A stretch of DNA of 61,619 nucleotides, the filler included. It is 6 parts of 6 records of this genome, joined end to end, with 100 filler letters (N's around TTAATTAATTAA, not from the genome) between each part and the next. Parts side by side here need not be neighbours in the genome. Positions count along the whole stretch, not along the records: positions 18,338 to 36,551 come from DRR723986_3404; positions 36,652 to 44,025 come from DRR723986_3405; 4 more parts are not named here. One strand, written 5' to 3'. This document shows positions 31,772 through 41,563 of the stretch, piece by piece (positions within the stretch are counted from its first letter, which is position 1; every line of letters begins with the position of its first letter). Under the pieces are notes generated by a model. It saw nothing but the letters and a program-made list of their open reading frames with translations. It did not search any database and was not told where the DNA came from. A program made the position numbers and the translations under genes.

Positions 31772-31820
31772 TATTCCACATTCCATTTTCCCGAAGGAAT
31801 GGGGAATGTAGAGTGGAATA
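31772..31820. repeat. dispersed hairpin element, copy 3
   Basis: TATTCCACATTCC...AAGGAATGGGGAATGTAGAGTGGAATA. Confidence 0.8.
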
Positions 31821-32408
31821 AGGTTCAACGCCCCTTTTTGCACGCAGGGGGGGCACAAGAGCATTCACCATGTCGCACCTTTCGGCACACGACTTTTAGT
31901 TGAAACTTTTGCCGCTCGACACACAAAAAGCCGGGGCGCGCCCAACCCTTATGCCGAATAATGTTTCTGGATTCCAGCTAGCATTTAGACGTCGGTTAAA
32001 TCCAAGATCGCGTTTGGCTCGCGCTTAGGGACATCATACCCGAAGCGTGGAACGCGTGTCCCCGAAAACGGTGGGTTAGCAACACCATTTGGAGACATCA
32101 CAATTCCTGAGGCGTGTTAGGATCTACACCTGCACAAAGAGGGAGTGTGTTCAAGCAGCAACGTCTTCGACGGGCTTTCGGTCAGCACGCTGCCCGCTTG
32201 TGCCGATTGCGCCCCAAGGGGCGCCCTTTGGCATCTGAAAACTTTGAGTGCTACGTTCACGTTCTCGAGGGCGGTGTGGGGATGTCATTTCAGGGAGGAA
32301 GGCGGGCCCTTTGTAGGTCTCGGTACGGATAAACGCATCAAGGCCAAGGCCTTTAGGCCGGTTGATCCGCGGCGGAATCGAACAAACCGTCACATCAGAG
32401 AGCAAAAA

Positions 32409-33196
32409 ATGTATCTATTAATACCATTTTTACCCTTACTCGCCTTCTTTGTTGCCGCGACCTTTGGAAGATATATTGGGAGAAAGGGAAGTACAATTAT
32501 AACCACAACTTGCATTTTTTTAACTGCGGTGTTATCAACAATTGCTTTTTACGAAGTAGCTTTAACTGAAACAAATTGCTATGTTCAAGTGACCACATGA
32601 ATTGATTCCGCAATCTTACACGCTTCTTGAGGTTTTCTGTTTGATAGCTTGACAGTTATTATGTTAATTGTTGTAACTTATGTCTCCGCTGTTGTTCATT
32701 TGTATTCTATTGAATACATGGCACACGATCCACATATTCAACGATTTATGTCCTATTTGTCACTGTTTACCTTTTTTATGATTATTCTAGTAACTGCGGA
32801 TAACTTTATCCAAATGTTTATCGGCTGAGAGGGTGTTGGTTTAGCATCTTTTCTGTTAATAAACTTTTGAACTACCCGCTTACAAGCGAATAAAGCAGCA
32901 ATGAAAGCCTTAATTGTAAACCGTGTTGGGGATTTTGGATTAAGTTTAGGAATATTTGCAATTTTTTTTGTATTTGGTGCCGTAGACTATTCCACTGTCT
33001 TTGCCAGCGCAAGTGATTTGATTGGTTACAAATTCTTCTTTCTTCACATGGAGTTTGACGCTTTAACAGTAATCTGTTTGTTAATCTTTATCGGAGCTGT
33101 TGGTAAATCTGCTCAAATAGGATTACATACATGGTTACCTGATGCAATGGAAGGGCCAACACCTGTATCCGCTTTAATACACGCAGCCACTATGGT
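32409..33196 (+). CDS. nad5: NADH dehydrogenase subunit 5, exon 1 only
   Basis: [11 protein letters not shown] through [47 protein letters not shown], where homology stops. Confidence 0.96.
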
Positions 33197-33893
33197 ATCT
33201 ATTTCCTTGCCAAATCGCTTCTCGTCCCTTTTTGTCTGTGCTTTCGTTCCTGAGGATATGAATCTATGCGCTCGTTAGCTTTGGGCGTCCGAAGGAACAA
33301 TTGTCTAAGCAAACGCGCGAAGCGCGATAACGCAGCTTGTAAGCGAGGGGGTTTTGCCTGCGTAGACCCTAGCCAATGTTGAATTGTTCTCCCTGTTCGC
33401 GCTTATGGGCGCAAAAACACACATTGACAAGATGCCATTTCTCTGTTTTGCTTGAAGCAAAAGATCCTGCGAAGCGCGAAGCTTTTCGTCATCCGTTAGG
33501 GTCCCAGAGAGCTTTCTAACTCCATGCTGAAATAAGGCCCGCGACTCTTTGGGGCGATCGTTCTCACTCAAAGATCTGCGTGCTGTGTTTTGCACGCAAA
33601 AACAGGTCATACTCGTTCTGCGCAAGCGCAGCTTGCGCCCAAACCAAGTTTATCAGCAGGTTTCTTGTTGTCCCCTTTGTGTTGCACGTTGCGTTCCCTT
33701 TGGGCCTCCGGCACCTTCCGCTTTGCTCGGCTTCCCATCGTGGCATGCATTCGGGGTGCGTTTACGTCATAACCCCATCACAACCAAACAGGAAATGCTT
33801 CCGTCGCTCCTATTGTCAGGAGACCGTTTCCAGATCCAAAAGGGGCGCGAAAACATGAAATCTCAGAGACTACATGTTAGATAACTGCCTGCC
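33197..33893 (+). ncRNA. 5' half of a group I intron in nad5
   Basis: Exon ends in U; P1 TGGT/GCCA(33209); P3 TCTAAC(33515)/GTTAGA(33876); P ATGCTGAAAT(33524) with Q TATCAGCAGG(33651); P6 AGGTTTC/GAAATCT; R CTCAGAGACTACATG(33862). Confidence 0.85.
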
Positions 33894-34373
33894 GAAACCA
33901 AACAAGCACTCTTACATAAACCGATATGGCCGGTGATGAATTCCTGCCAGCCGTTTCCTCGGAATTTCGAACAATTATGACTACGGCTCCGTTTCTGCTT
34001 CCCGTGCTACGGGGAATTCCTGTCTTGGCTCCCGGTAGTTATACTCCAGTTTTAGGTGAAAAACTCAAGTTTAGGTGACCAACGGCACCACGTATCTCAG
34101 GGTAGAGAACCGGGTTCGAGCATGCGGGACCATTAGTCCCCTTGCTTACATATTCCACAAACATGACCCATTCCTTTTTGCTCTGTCAGAGTGTATCGAC
34201 TCTGCGTGTGTAATGCCGAAGGAAAACCCTCTAGGTGAGGTCTTGTTTGCCGTCCTTACGTTACCGCGCCCTCAGTTGGCTGTTTGTTTATGTCAAAGTC
34301 AAGGAGGACTCGGAGTCGGAACAAAAACCACCTAGGCTCGTACCCCCTTTTTTGTTCAGACCATGTTTGCACT

Positions 34374-34721
34374 ATGTGTGTGAGAATCCCCCTTCGAAAC
34401 ATTCCAAAATTCAATAAAGGTTCCATGTTAACCGTGACCTTAGTATATCGCGATGGTTTACAACAAAACGTGACAGGAATTTGTTTAAAAAAAAAAAATA
34501 GAGGATTCGATTCTGCTTTTGTGTTGGAATTCAAGGAAAAAGCCTCTTCGCCTGTTTCGCCGACGATGGGAGTTCGACCTGAACATACGCACGATTCGCA
34601 CGTTCAACCCGTTACAACGCGAGACCACAAAGCAGGTCAGGGAGGTGTCGCCGATGTTATACGTCAAGAGTTTCCGTTATATGCACCTTATATAAAGGGG
34701 ATCCGTGTGTTGATGCCATAA
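34374..34721 (+). CDS. rpl19: mitochondrial ribosomal protein L19 with insertion; start uncertain
   Basis: IPKFNKGS..V, TGICLKKKNRGFDSAF, QEFPLYAPYIKGI. Confidence 0.85.
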   Translation: MCVRIPLRNIPKFNKGSMLTVTLVYRDGLQQNVTGICLKKKNRGFDSAFVLEFKEKASSPVSPTMGVRPEHTHDSHVQPVTTRDHKAGQGGVADVIRQEFPLYAPYIKGIRVLMP

Positions 34722-34924
34722 GCCAGAAAGCCAGCCTCTTATCCTTCGGAGGTTGTTACCGTTCCGCCACCTCTTCGCGGGGCACTAGAATTTGGGGCCC
34801 TGACTGGCCCTCGAAATGGACACCCCCCGGTTAGCTTGGCGTGGGTTCCGCGCGTTTCAGATGCGGACAAACTTGTGAAATAGATAAACCTTAAATGACA
34901 TAGATTGACGGATTGTGTCTGTCG

Positions 34925-36551
34925 GCAGATAGCAATTCGAATGTATTTGATGGATGCCTTAGTATTGGAAAGAAGGACGTTTACAAAATCGAAAAGCCGC
35001 GATGAATTATTAAATTGTGAATCGTGGATTTCCGCGGGCAAAAACCGTTACAGTGGTGACGACAAGATCCACCTTTGGCAAACAAGCAAATCAAGTTCGC
35101 CGACACAAAGGGCCACACGGATCTTGTCATGAAAAACCAGGAGAATTGAAACATCTAAGTATCCTGTGGAAAAAAAATCAACCGAGATTCCACAAATAGT
35201 GGCGAGCGAACGTGGACTGAACTGGGCCTCAAAAAATCAACATCTTTGGGTCCCAAATGTGGCAAAGCCATGCTTCTCACGCAGAAATGTGCTGGAAAGC
35301 GCAGCCAAAGGAGGTGAAAGCCCTGTGCAGAAGAGAAGCAACAAAATGGGTCAGCATAGTAAAGCAGGGAACGATTTAACCTGTTTGAACATAGGGGTTT
35401 CACCCTCTAAAACCCAGGCAAAGCATATTTTCCAATAACTGATAGTGAACACAGTACCGTAAGGGAAAGGTGAAAAGAACCCAAAAAAGGGAGTGAAATA
35501 GAACCTAAAATCAAATATATACAAGCAACAGGAACTCGAAAACACAGACATAACCTTCAGGGTTTTCCTGCGGAACTGTTCAATTTCGAGTGACTGTGTA
35601 CCTTTTGCATAATGGGTCAGCGAGTTAATCAGCGTAGCAAGCTTAAGTCACTAACAAAGACACATGCGCAATTAATATAAACCAAGTTGCGTTGATTAGA
35701 CCCGAAACCGGGTGATCTAATCATGGACAGGTTGAAGATACAGTAAAATGTATTGGAGGACCGAACTCATGCATGTTGCAAAATGCTGGGATGATCTGTG
35801 ATTAGGGATGAAAGGTCAATCAAACCCGGAAATAGCTGGTTTTCCGTGAAAACTATTTAGGTAGTGCATGGTATGCAAACAGCATGGGTAGAGCTACTGG
35901 ATAGGTATCGGGTTGCACTGAGCTTTACTGAGCCAAACCAAACTCCGAATGCATGCTGCTGAACTGTCGGTGCGCTGCTTAGGCAGCGTTACGACGGTCG
36001 TAAACTATACCATAGACAGACTACGGGTGATAAGATCCGTGGTCGAGAGGGAAAAAGCCCAGATTGTATTCTAAGGTCCCTAAATAATAACTTAGTGGTG
36101 AAAGATATGGGAGAATTAAGACAATCAGAAGGTGGGCTTGGCTTTCCAGGCCCGAAAGCACCATGCGACGCTTTTAAACTCAACTTGATCCAATGAGCAG
36201 CTTACGCTGGTGTATACAATCCAACTATATGCGGGAAATCCTCGCCGTCTCTCTAGCGGCGTCAGGCAATCCGCAGGAAACCCCACATGTGCGACCAAGC
36301 CACCTTGTTCTTATTCTTCTTCTTCAAGTCAAAGAACAGCACGAGCTTGGCTCTGTGGCGGCGATTCCCCAACGACTATATGCTGGAGATCATCAAAGAT
36401 ACCTGCGGCCATGATCAAAATATAGTCTGTTCCGGTGCGTCAGCGTCGGTCACATGTTTTGGAATCGAAGCTCCGCAGGAAAACAAATCCAAAACCAACA
36501 TGTTACAACCATCCATATGTGGAAGCAGCCATCCTTTAAAGAAAGCGTAAT
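34925..36551 (+). rRNA. rnl: mitochondrial LSU rRNA, 5' part, intron-containing; start approximate
   Basis: TGGATGCCTT, GAATTGAAACATCTAAGTA, AGTACCGTAAGGGAAAGGTGAAAAG, GACCCGAAACCGGGTGATCTA, GAAGCAGCCATCCTTTAAAGAAAGCGTAAT. Confidence 0.96.
36139..36519 (+). ncRNA. cis-spliced group I intron in rnl, about E. coli position 1065, no ORF
   Basis: Splits GGGCT/TGGAAGCAGCC; terminal G; P1 GGGCT/GGCCC; P10 TTTCCA/TGGAAG; P ATGCGGGAAA, Q AATCCGCAGG, R CAACGACTATATG, S AAAATATAGTCT. Confidence 0.92.
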
Positions 36552-36651
36552 NNNNNNNNNNNNNNNNNNNNNNNNNNNNNNNNNNNNNNNNNNNNTTAAT
36601 TAATTAANNNNNNNNNNNNNNNNNNNNNNNNNNNNNNNNNNNNNNNNNNNN

Positions 36652-37491
36652 CAGGCGCAGTTCCATATAATAGCGTTTGGGCGAGCGGTTCAGATAGCGC
36701 CGGAACAGCCGTTCGAGCTGCCGGGTGGACATGCCCACCTCTTTGGCAAGGATCGACGGGCTGATCGGCTCTTCGATATTGCTTTCCATCATCTGGATGA
36801 CATTGCTCAGTTTGGGATGGCGCACACCAATCCGTGTGGGCACAGACAGACGCTGTGTGTCCTGATCGGTGCGGATCGAGGAATAGATCAACTGATCCGC
36901 AACCGCGTTGGCCAGATCTTCACCGTGATCATCGGCAATCAGCTTGAGCATCAGGTCAATCGAGGATGTGCCGCCTGCCGTGCTGATCCGGTTGCCGTCA
37001 ACGACAAAGACCGATTTGGTTAATTCTACTTCCTGGAACTCTTCGGAGAAACTGTCCTGATTCTCCCAATGGATCGTGGCACGTTTGCCGTCCATCAGCC
37101 CGGCCTTGGCCAGCGCATAGGCACCGGTGCAAAGCCCCCCCATGATCAACCCTTTGCGGGCCTCACGGCGCAGCCATCCCAAAATGCGTTTGTTGGTGTA
37201 GTCCTGCACATCCAAACCGCAGCACACCATGACCCGGTCATCGCGGTTTAGTTCAATCAGATCGTCATCAAGATGAAATATGGTGCCTGCAGAACAGGTG
37301 GTCTGTTCGCCGCCTTCACCGAGCAGCATCCAGGAATATAGGTTTTTGCCTGACATCCGGTTGGCAATGCGCAGGCTTTCAATGGCTGTCGCAATGGACA
37401 ACATGCTGAACTGCTCTACCAAAACAAAGACAAAACGCCGGGGTTTGTCTTCATTGGGGGGGATGCGGGTGGCCGAGCGCGGGTCTGACAT
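36652..37491 (-). CDS. GlxA-family AraC regulator, 3' truncated
   Basis: GLCTGAY.LA, ATIHWEN, MSTRQLERLFRRYL. Confidence 0.93.
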
Positions 37492-37684
37492 CGCGGCGTC
37501 CTTTGTTTGGGGTATTCACGAGGCTATACCACGTAATTGCGACATATCCTGACGTAATCTTTGCTCACGCGTTGTAGGCTTCGTCAAGAGGTCGAATTTG
37601 AGTTCTGGTCACTCTGGCCAAGCTTTTGTATAGAAAGATTTCTTGATCGCGCTAACAGTGGCGCAGCAGACCGGAGAAAAGACA

Positions 37685-39055
37685 ATGACCAATTGGAGCA
37701 AATCAAGCTGGCGCGCAAAACCGCGGATCCAGATGCCTGATTACCCTGATCAGGCCGCATTGAATGCGGTTGAGGCGCAATTGGCACGATATCCGGTTCT
37801 GGTTTTTGCCGGTGAGGCGCGGCGTCTGAAAAAGAACCTCGCGGCCGCCGGGCGCGGTGAGGCGTTCCTTTTGCAGGGCGGAGATTGCGCCGAAAGCTTT
37901 GAACAGTTCAGTTCCGATGCGATCCGCGACACCTTCAAGGTCATGTTGCAGATGGCCATCGTGTTGACCCATGGTGCAAAAGTGCCGGTGATCAAATTGG
38001 GCCGTATGGCCGGGCAATTTGCCAAGCCGCGCTCGGCTCCGACAGAAGTGGTCGATGGTGTCGAGCTGCCAAGCTACCGTGGTGATATCATCAATGACCT
38101 TGATTTCACTGCACAATCCCGCGTTCCGAACCCGGAAAAGATGCTGCGGGCCTATACACAGGCGGCGGCGACGCTGAACCTGATCCGTGCGTTTTCAACG
38201 GGTGGTTACGCGGATGTGCATCAGGTGCACGGCTGGACGCTTGGTTTTACCGACAATGAAAAGACCGAAAAGTATCGCGAAATTGCCAACCGCATTTCCG
38301 ACACGCTGGACTTTATGGCGGCGGCCGGTGTGACCGCCGAGACCGCCCATACACTGCAATCGGTAGAGTTCTACACCAGCCATGAGGCGCTGCTTCTTGA
38401 GTATGAAGAGGCGCTTTGCCGTCAGGACAGCCAGACCGGTAAATGGCTGGCCGGGTCCGGCCACATGATCTGGATTGGCGACCGTACGCGGCAGCCGGAC
38501 GGCGCACATGTGGAGTTTGCCAAGGGTGTGCAAAACCCAATCGGCCTGAAATGCGGCCCCTCGATGACCAGCGAAGATCTCAAGAAATTGATGGCAACGC
38601 TGAACCCTGACAACGAAGAGGGGCGCTTGACCCTGATCGCGCGATTCGGTGCCGGATCGGTGGGTGAACACCTGCCGCGTCTGATCAAAACCGTGCAGGA
38701 AGAGGGTGCCAACGTGGTTTGGACCTGCGATGCGATGCATGGCAATACGATCAAGTCTTCCACCGGCTACAAAACCCGCCCGTTTGATTCCGTATTGCGC
38801 GAAGTGCGCGAATTCTTTGCTGTGCATGGCGCCGAGGGCACCGTGCCGGGCGGTGTGCATTTTGAAATGACGGGTCAGGATGTGACCGAATGCACCGGCG
38901 GCGTGCGGGCTGTGTCTGATGAGGATCTGTCAGATCGTTATCACACCGCTTGTGATCCACGCCTCAACGCCAGCCAGTCTCTGGAACTGGCCTTCCTCGT
39001 GGCAGAAGAGCTGTCGGCGCGGCGTGAAAGCCAATCGGAGAAAGCCTCAGCCTGA
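37685..39055 (+). CDS. class II DAHP synthase
   Basis: [37 protein letters not shown]. Confidence 0.96.
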   Translation: MTNWSKSSWRAKPRIQMPDYPDQAALNAVEAQLARYPVLVFAGEARRLKKNLAAAGRGEAFLLQGGDCAESFEQFSSDAIRDTFKVMLQMAIVLTHGAKVPVIKLGRMAGQFAKPRSAPTEVVDGVELPSYRGDIINDLDFTAQSRVPNPEKMLRAYTQAAATLNLIRAFSTGGYADVHQVHGWTLGFTDNEKTEKYREIANRISDTLDFMAAAGVTAETAHTLQSVEFYTSHEALLLEYEEALCRQDSQTGKWLAGSGHMIWIGDRTRQPDGAHVEFAKGVQNPIGLKCGPSMTSEDLKKLMATLNPDNEEGRLTLIARFGAGSVGEHLPRLIKTVQEEGANVVWTCDAMHGNTIKSSTGYKTRPFDSVLREVREFFAVHGAEGTVPGGVHFEMTGQDVTECTGGVRAVSDEDLSDRYHTACDPRLNASQSLELAFLVAEELSARRESQSEKASA

Positions 39056-39076
39056 GATCTGGTTACATGACTTGGG

Positions 39077-39113
39077 AAAAGGCCCGCTTGCCACGATGCA
39101 AGCGGGCCTTTTT
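39077..39113. terminator. bidirectional intrinsic terminator
   Basis: AAAA-GGCCCGCTTGC-loop-GCAAGCGGGCC-TTTTT between convergent genes. Confidence 0.9.
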
Positions 39114-39121
39114 GTTTGTGG

Positions 39122-39574
39122 TCAAATCGGCAGGGCCAGTGTCGCCTTTTCGGTGGAAACAACGATAGAGGTGCGGAACTTCCGCACGTTTTTGTCAGAG
39201 AAAAAGAACCTGTGGGTAAAGGCCTCATAATCGCGCATGTCCTTGGCCACGACCACCATCACAAAATCCGCATCCCCGGCGATGCAGTAAAAGTTCAGCA
39301 CCTGCGCATCTATCCGTGCCTTGCGTTTGAAGGCATCAATTTGGTCAAGCCGGTCGCGCTCCAACTCAACAGACACGATGGCGGTTACATCAAACCCCAG
39401 TTTATGCGCGTCGAGCACCGCCACTTCTTTCTTGATGACACCGCCCTCGCGCAGCATCCTGAGGCGGCGCTGGACCGATGCGGTGGACGCGCCGATCCGG
39501 TCTGCCATGGCCTGCACGGTGGTTCGGGCGTTGTCTTGCAGCAAGGCCAGCAGCTTGAGGTCGGATTTGTCCAT
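39122..39574 (-). CDS. Lrp/AsnC family regulator
   Basis: MDKSDLKLLALLQDNAR HTH, IAGDADF. Confidence 0.93.
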   Translation of the reverse strand: MDKSDLKLLALLQDNARTTVQAMADRIGASTASVQRRLRMLREGGVIKKEVAVLDAHKLGFDVTAIVSVELERDRLDQIDAFKRKARIDAQVLNFYCIAGDADFVMVVVAKDMRDYEAFTHRFFFSDKNVRKFRTSIVVSTEKATLALPI

Positions 39575-39676
39575 GACTGATTTCTTTCAATTGGTGGCAT
39601 ATTTTGATCTGAGCGCATCACATAACTGCAAAATCACAACTATCATAGATCACCGGAGCCGCATAACTTGGGCCGT

Positions 39677-40357
39677 ATGAAACACGGTGCTTTTGCGATA
39701 TTGCCCTTGGCGGCGGGTGCGGCGGTCTATGGGTTTGCCTTTGGATTGCTGGCCGCGCAGGTCGGATTTCCATGGTGGGGCGTGGCGTTGATGAGCGGCT
39801 TTGTCCACGCTGGATCGTCGCAGATCGTGGCGGTGGAACAATTCGCCACCGGTGGCGCTGTCTTGGGCGCGGCACTGGCGGGGGCGGCGCTGAACCTGCG
39901 GTACATCGGGATCATCGCGTCCCTGTCCGAGGTGCTGAAGGGCTTGCCCCTGCGGGTCCGCCTGATGGCGATCCACATCACAGGAGATGAAAACTGGGCA
40001 TTGACCATGGCCAAACGGGCCCATGATCAGGGCGTCGGGTTTCGGTTTCTGATCGGTTCCGGTCTCGTGATGATCACAGTCTGGACCGTTTCAACATCAA
40101 TGGGCGCTGTGATCGGCGCGGCCCTGCCGGATCTTGAGAAATTCGACCTCGGGTTTGCTTTCACCGCTGCCTTTATCGCGATGGCGCGGGGGCTTTGGCG
40201 CAGCCATGCGCAATTGCTGCCTTGGGTCACCAGTTTTGCCGTCACCGGCGCAGTGGTCCTGCTGGAGGCGCCCAAGGCCTATGCGATTGTGGCCGGGGCG
40301 CTTGCAGGGCTGATCGCGTCCTATCTGATCAGGCAAAGAGGGGCAGGGCGCGGATGA
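39677..40357 (+). CDS. AzlC family exporter subunit
   Basis: GFAFGLLA, HAGSSQ, LNLRY, DENWA. Confidence 0.9.
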   Translation: MKHGAFAILPLAAGAAVYGFAFGLLAAQVGFPWWGVALMSGFVHAGSSQIVAVEQFATGGAVLGAALAGAALNLRYIGIIASLSEVLKGLPLRVRLMAIHITGDENWALTMAKRAHDQGVGFRFLIGSGLVMITVWTVSTSMGAVIGAALPDLEKFDLGFAFTAAFIAMARGLWRSHAQLLPWVTSFAVTGAVVLLEAPKAYAIVAGALAGLIASYLIRQRGAGRG

Positions 40358-40650
40358 CCAGCTCTCATTGGATATTGATCGCGGTGCTGGCCATGGCTGC
40401 CTTTGCGATCCGGGTGATTGGGCTGTTTGCAGGGGATGCGATCCGGGCCTCACGCTTTGCCTGGATCCTGGATGATCTGCCGGGGCTGATTGTGGTGTCG
40501 CTTGTGGCGTCTTCGCTGGCGGGTCAGCCGTTGATCACTTGGGTGGCGGCAGGCGCGGCTTTGATTGCGGCGCTGCTGACCAACCATGTGATCGCAACCA
40601 TGTGCATCGGCTTTGCCGCCTATGCCGCATTGGGGTGGTTTGGCGTTTGA
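40354..40650 (+). CDS. AzlD family exporter subunit
   Basis: 98-aa hydrophobic ORF overlapping azlC stop (ATGA). Confidence 0.8.
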   Translation: MTSSHWILIAVLAMAAFAIRVIGLFAGDAIRASRFAWILDDLPGLIVVSLVASSLAGQPLITWVAAGAALIAALLTNHVIATMCIGFAAYAALGWFGV

Positions 40651-40652
40651 AA

Positions 40653-41327
40653 TCAATCGTTTGACGACACCAGCCGCAGATGTCCGCGTGTTACGCCGGT
40701 TTGTGGAGCTGCCTGCACCGCAGGCGCTTTGCGCCGCGGCGCGGGGGCCGGTGGCGGCAAAAATGGTCTCAGGGGTGTGCCGGTCAGCAAGGGCTGCATC
40801 TGGTGGGTGACCACCTCGAACCGGCGCGGGGCAAGCCCGATCTCGCCTTGCGTGACCCAGCAACCCAGCACGCGGCTGACATCACCCAGATCGCTTTTGA
40901 GCGGCAGCAGCAGCATCCGTGCCTCTAGTGCGGGCCGGCCTGCGCTGTCATCGGCAGACAGGCGCAGCGTACAGACTGCTGGCATTTGGCAGACCTCTTC
41001 GATCTTCTCCGATAGGATCGCCCGCGCATCCGGGGTCAGTAACGCCGTCAGGGGCATGCCGCGCACCTCCATGCCCATCAAGGCCCCCAGATGACTGCCT
41101 GCGATACGGATGCGTGCAACGCCCGGCGCGATGCGTTCAAGGATAAAGGCGTTCTCAAGACTGCTTTCAAGCCCGCGCGGGTCCACCTCTGAGCGTTTGG
41201 GCAAAAGCCGTCCGGCGCGCAGGGCCTCCCAATAGGCTTCGACCTGTGCGATGGGGGCAAAACCCATCTCGGGTTGATAGTCCAGAATGGACACGATATT
41301 CGAATTCTCTTCTGGCAGATCAGTCAT
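40653..41327 (-). CDS. PAS_5/DUF1457 domain protein
   Basis: AYWEALR...PKRSEVDP, RIAGS, LLLPL. Confidence 0.85.
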   Translation of the reverse strand: MTDLPEENSNIVSILDYQPEMGFAPIAQVEAYWEALRAGRLLPKRSEVDPRGLESSLENAFILERIAPGVARIRIAGSHLGALMGMEVRGMPLTALLTPDARAILSEKIEEVCQMPAVCTLRLSADDSAGRPALEARMLLLPLKSDLGDVSRVLGCWVTQGEIGLAPRRFEVVTHQMQPLLTGTPLRPFLPPPAPAPRRKAPAVQAAPQTGVTRGHLRLVSSND

Positions 41328-41563
41328 GGACCTACATCCCTCAACACCGAAAAATACCACAGGCCACCTGCATCTGTGACAGGTGTTGCCATGGTCATTG
41401 CACCGCCCCCACGCCGCAAAACTTACCAAACCATAAATACCTCATTTTTAGTCCATTTGGTGAAATTTTCTAAACACTGGTTAACGCCGGCGGGCTGCGG
41501 GGCTTGCCCCGCGCGGCGGTTTCGCCATATTGCAGGCGCAGCGATGGGGCTGCGAAGGGGACG

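Noticed and set aside
31609-31820. CRISPR array
   Set aside because: Only dispersed copies separated by a tRNA, organellar context, no cas genes
31930-32140. Mitochondrial 5S rRNA, tmRNA or rnpB
   Set aside because: Only vague resemblance; needs a covariance-model search
29752-33196. nad4, nad5 and tatC as stop-riddled pseudogenes
   Set aside because: Internal stops are TGA, largely at conserved Trp positions, consistent with code 4
34126-34140. ATTAGTCCC as the nad5 intron S element
   Set aside because: Lacks the AAG(A/G)TA J8/7, sits in its own GGGAC/GTCCC hairpin and no nad5 exon follows
33197-36551. Hexacoral-type giant cis ND5-717 intron enclosing rpl19 and rnl
   Set aside because: Insertion site differs (after ATMV, not AMEG) and the matching P8/S half lies on the opposite strand; not fully excluded until exon 2 is found
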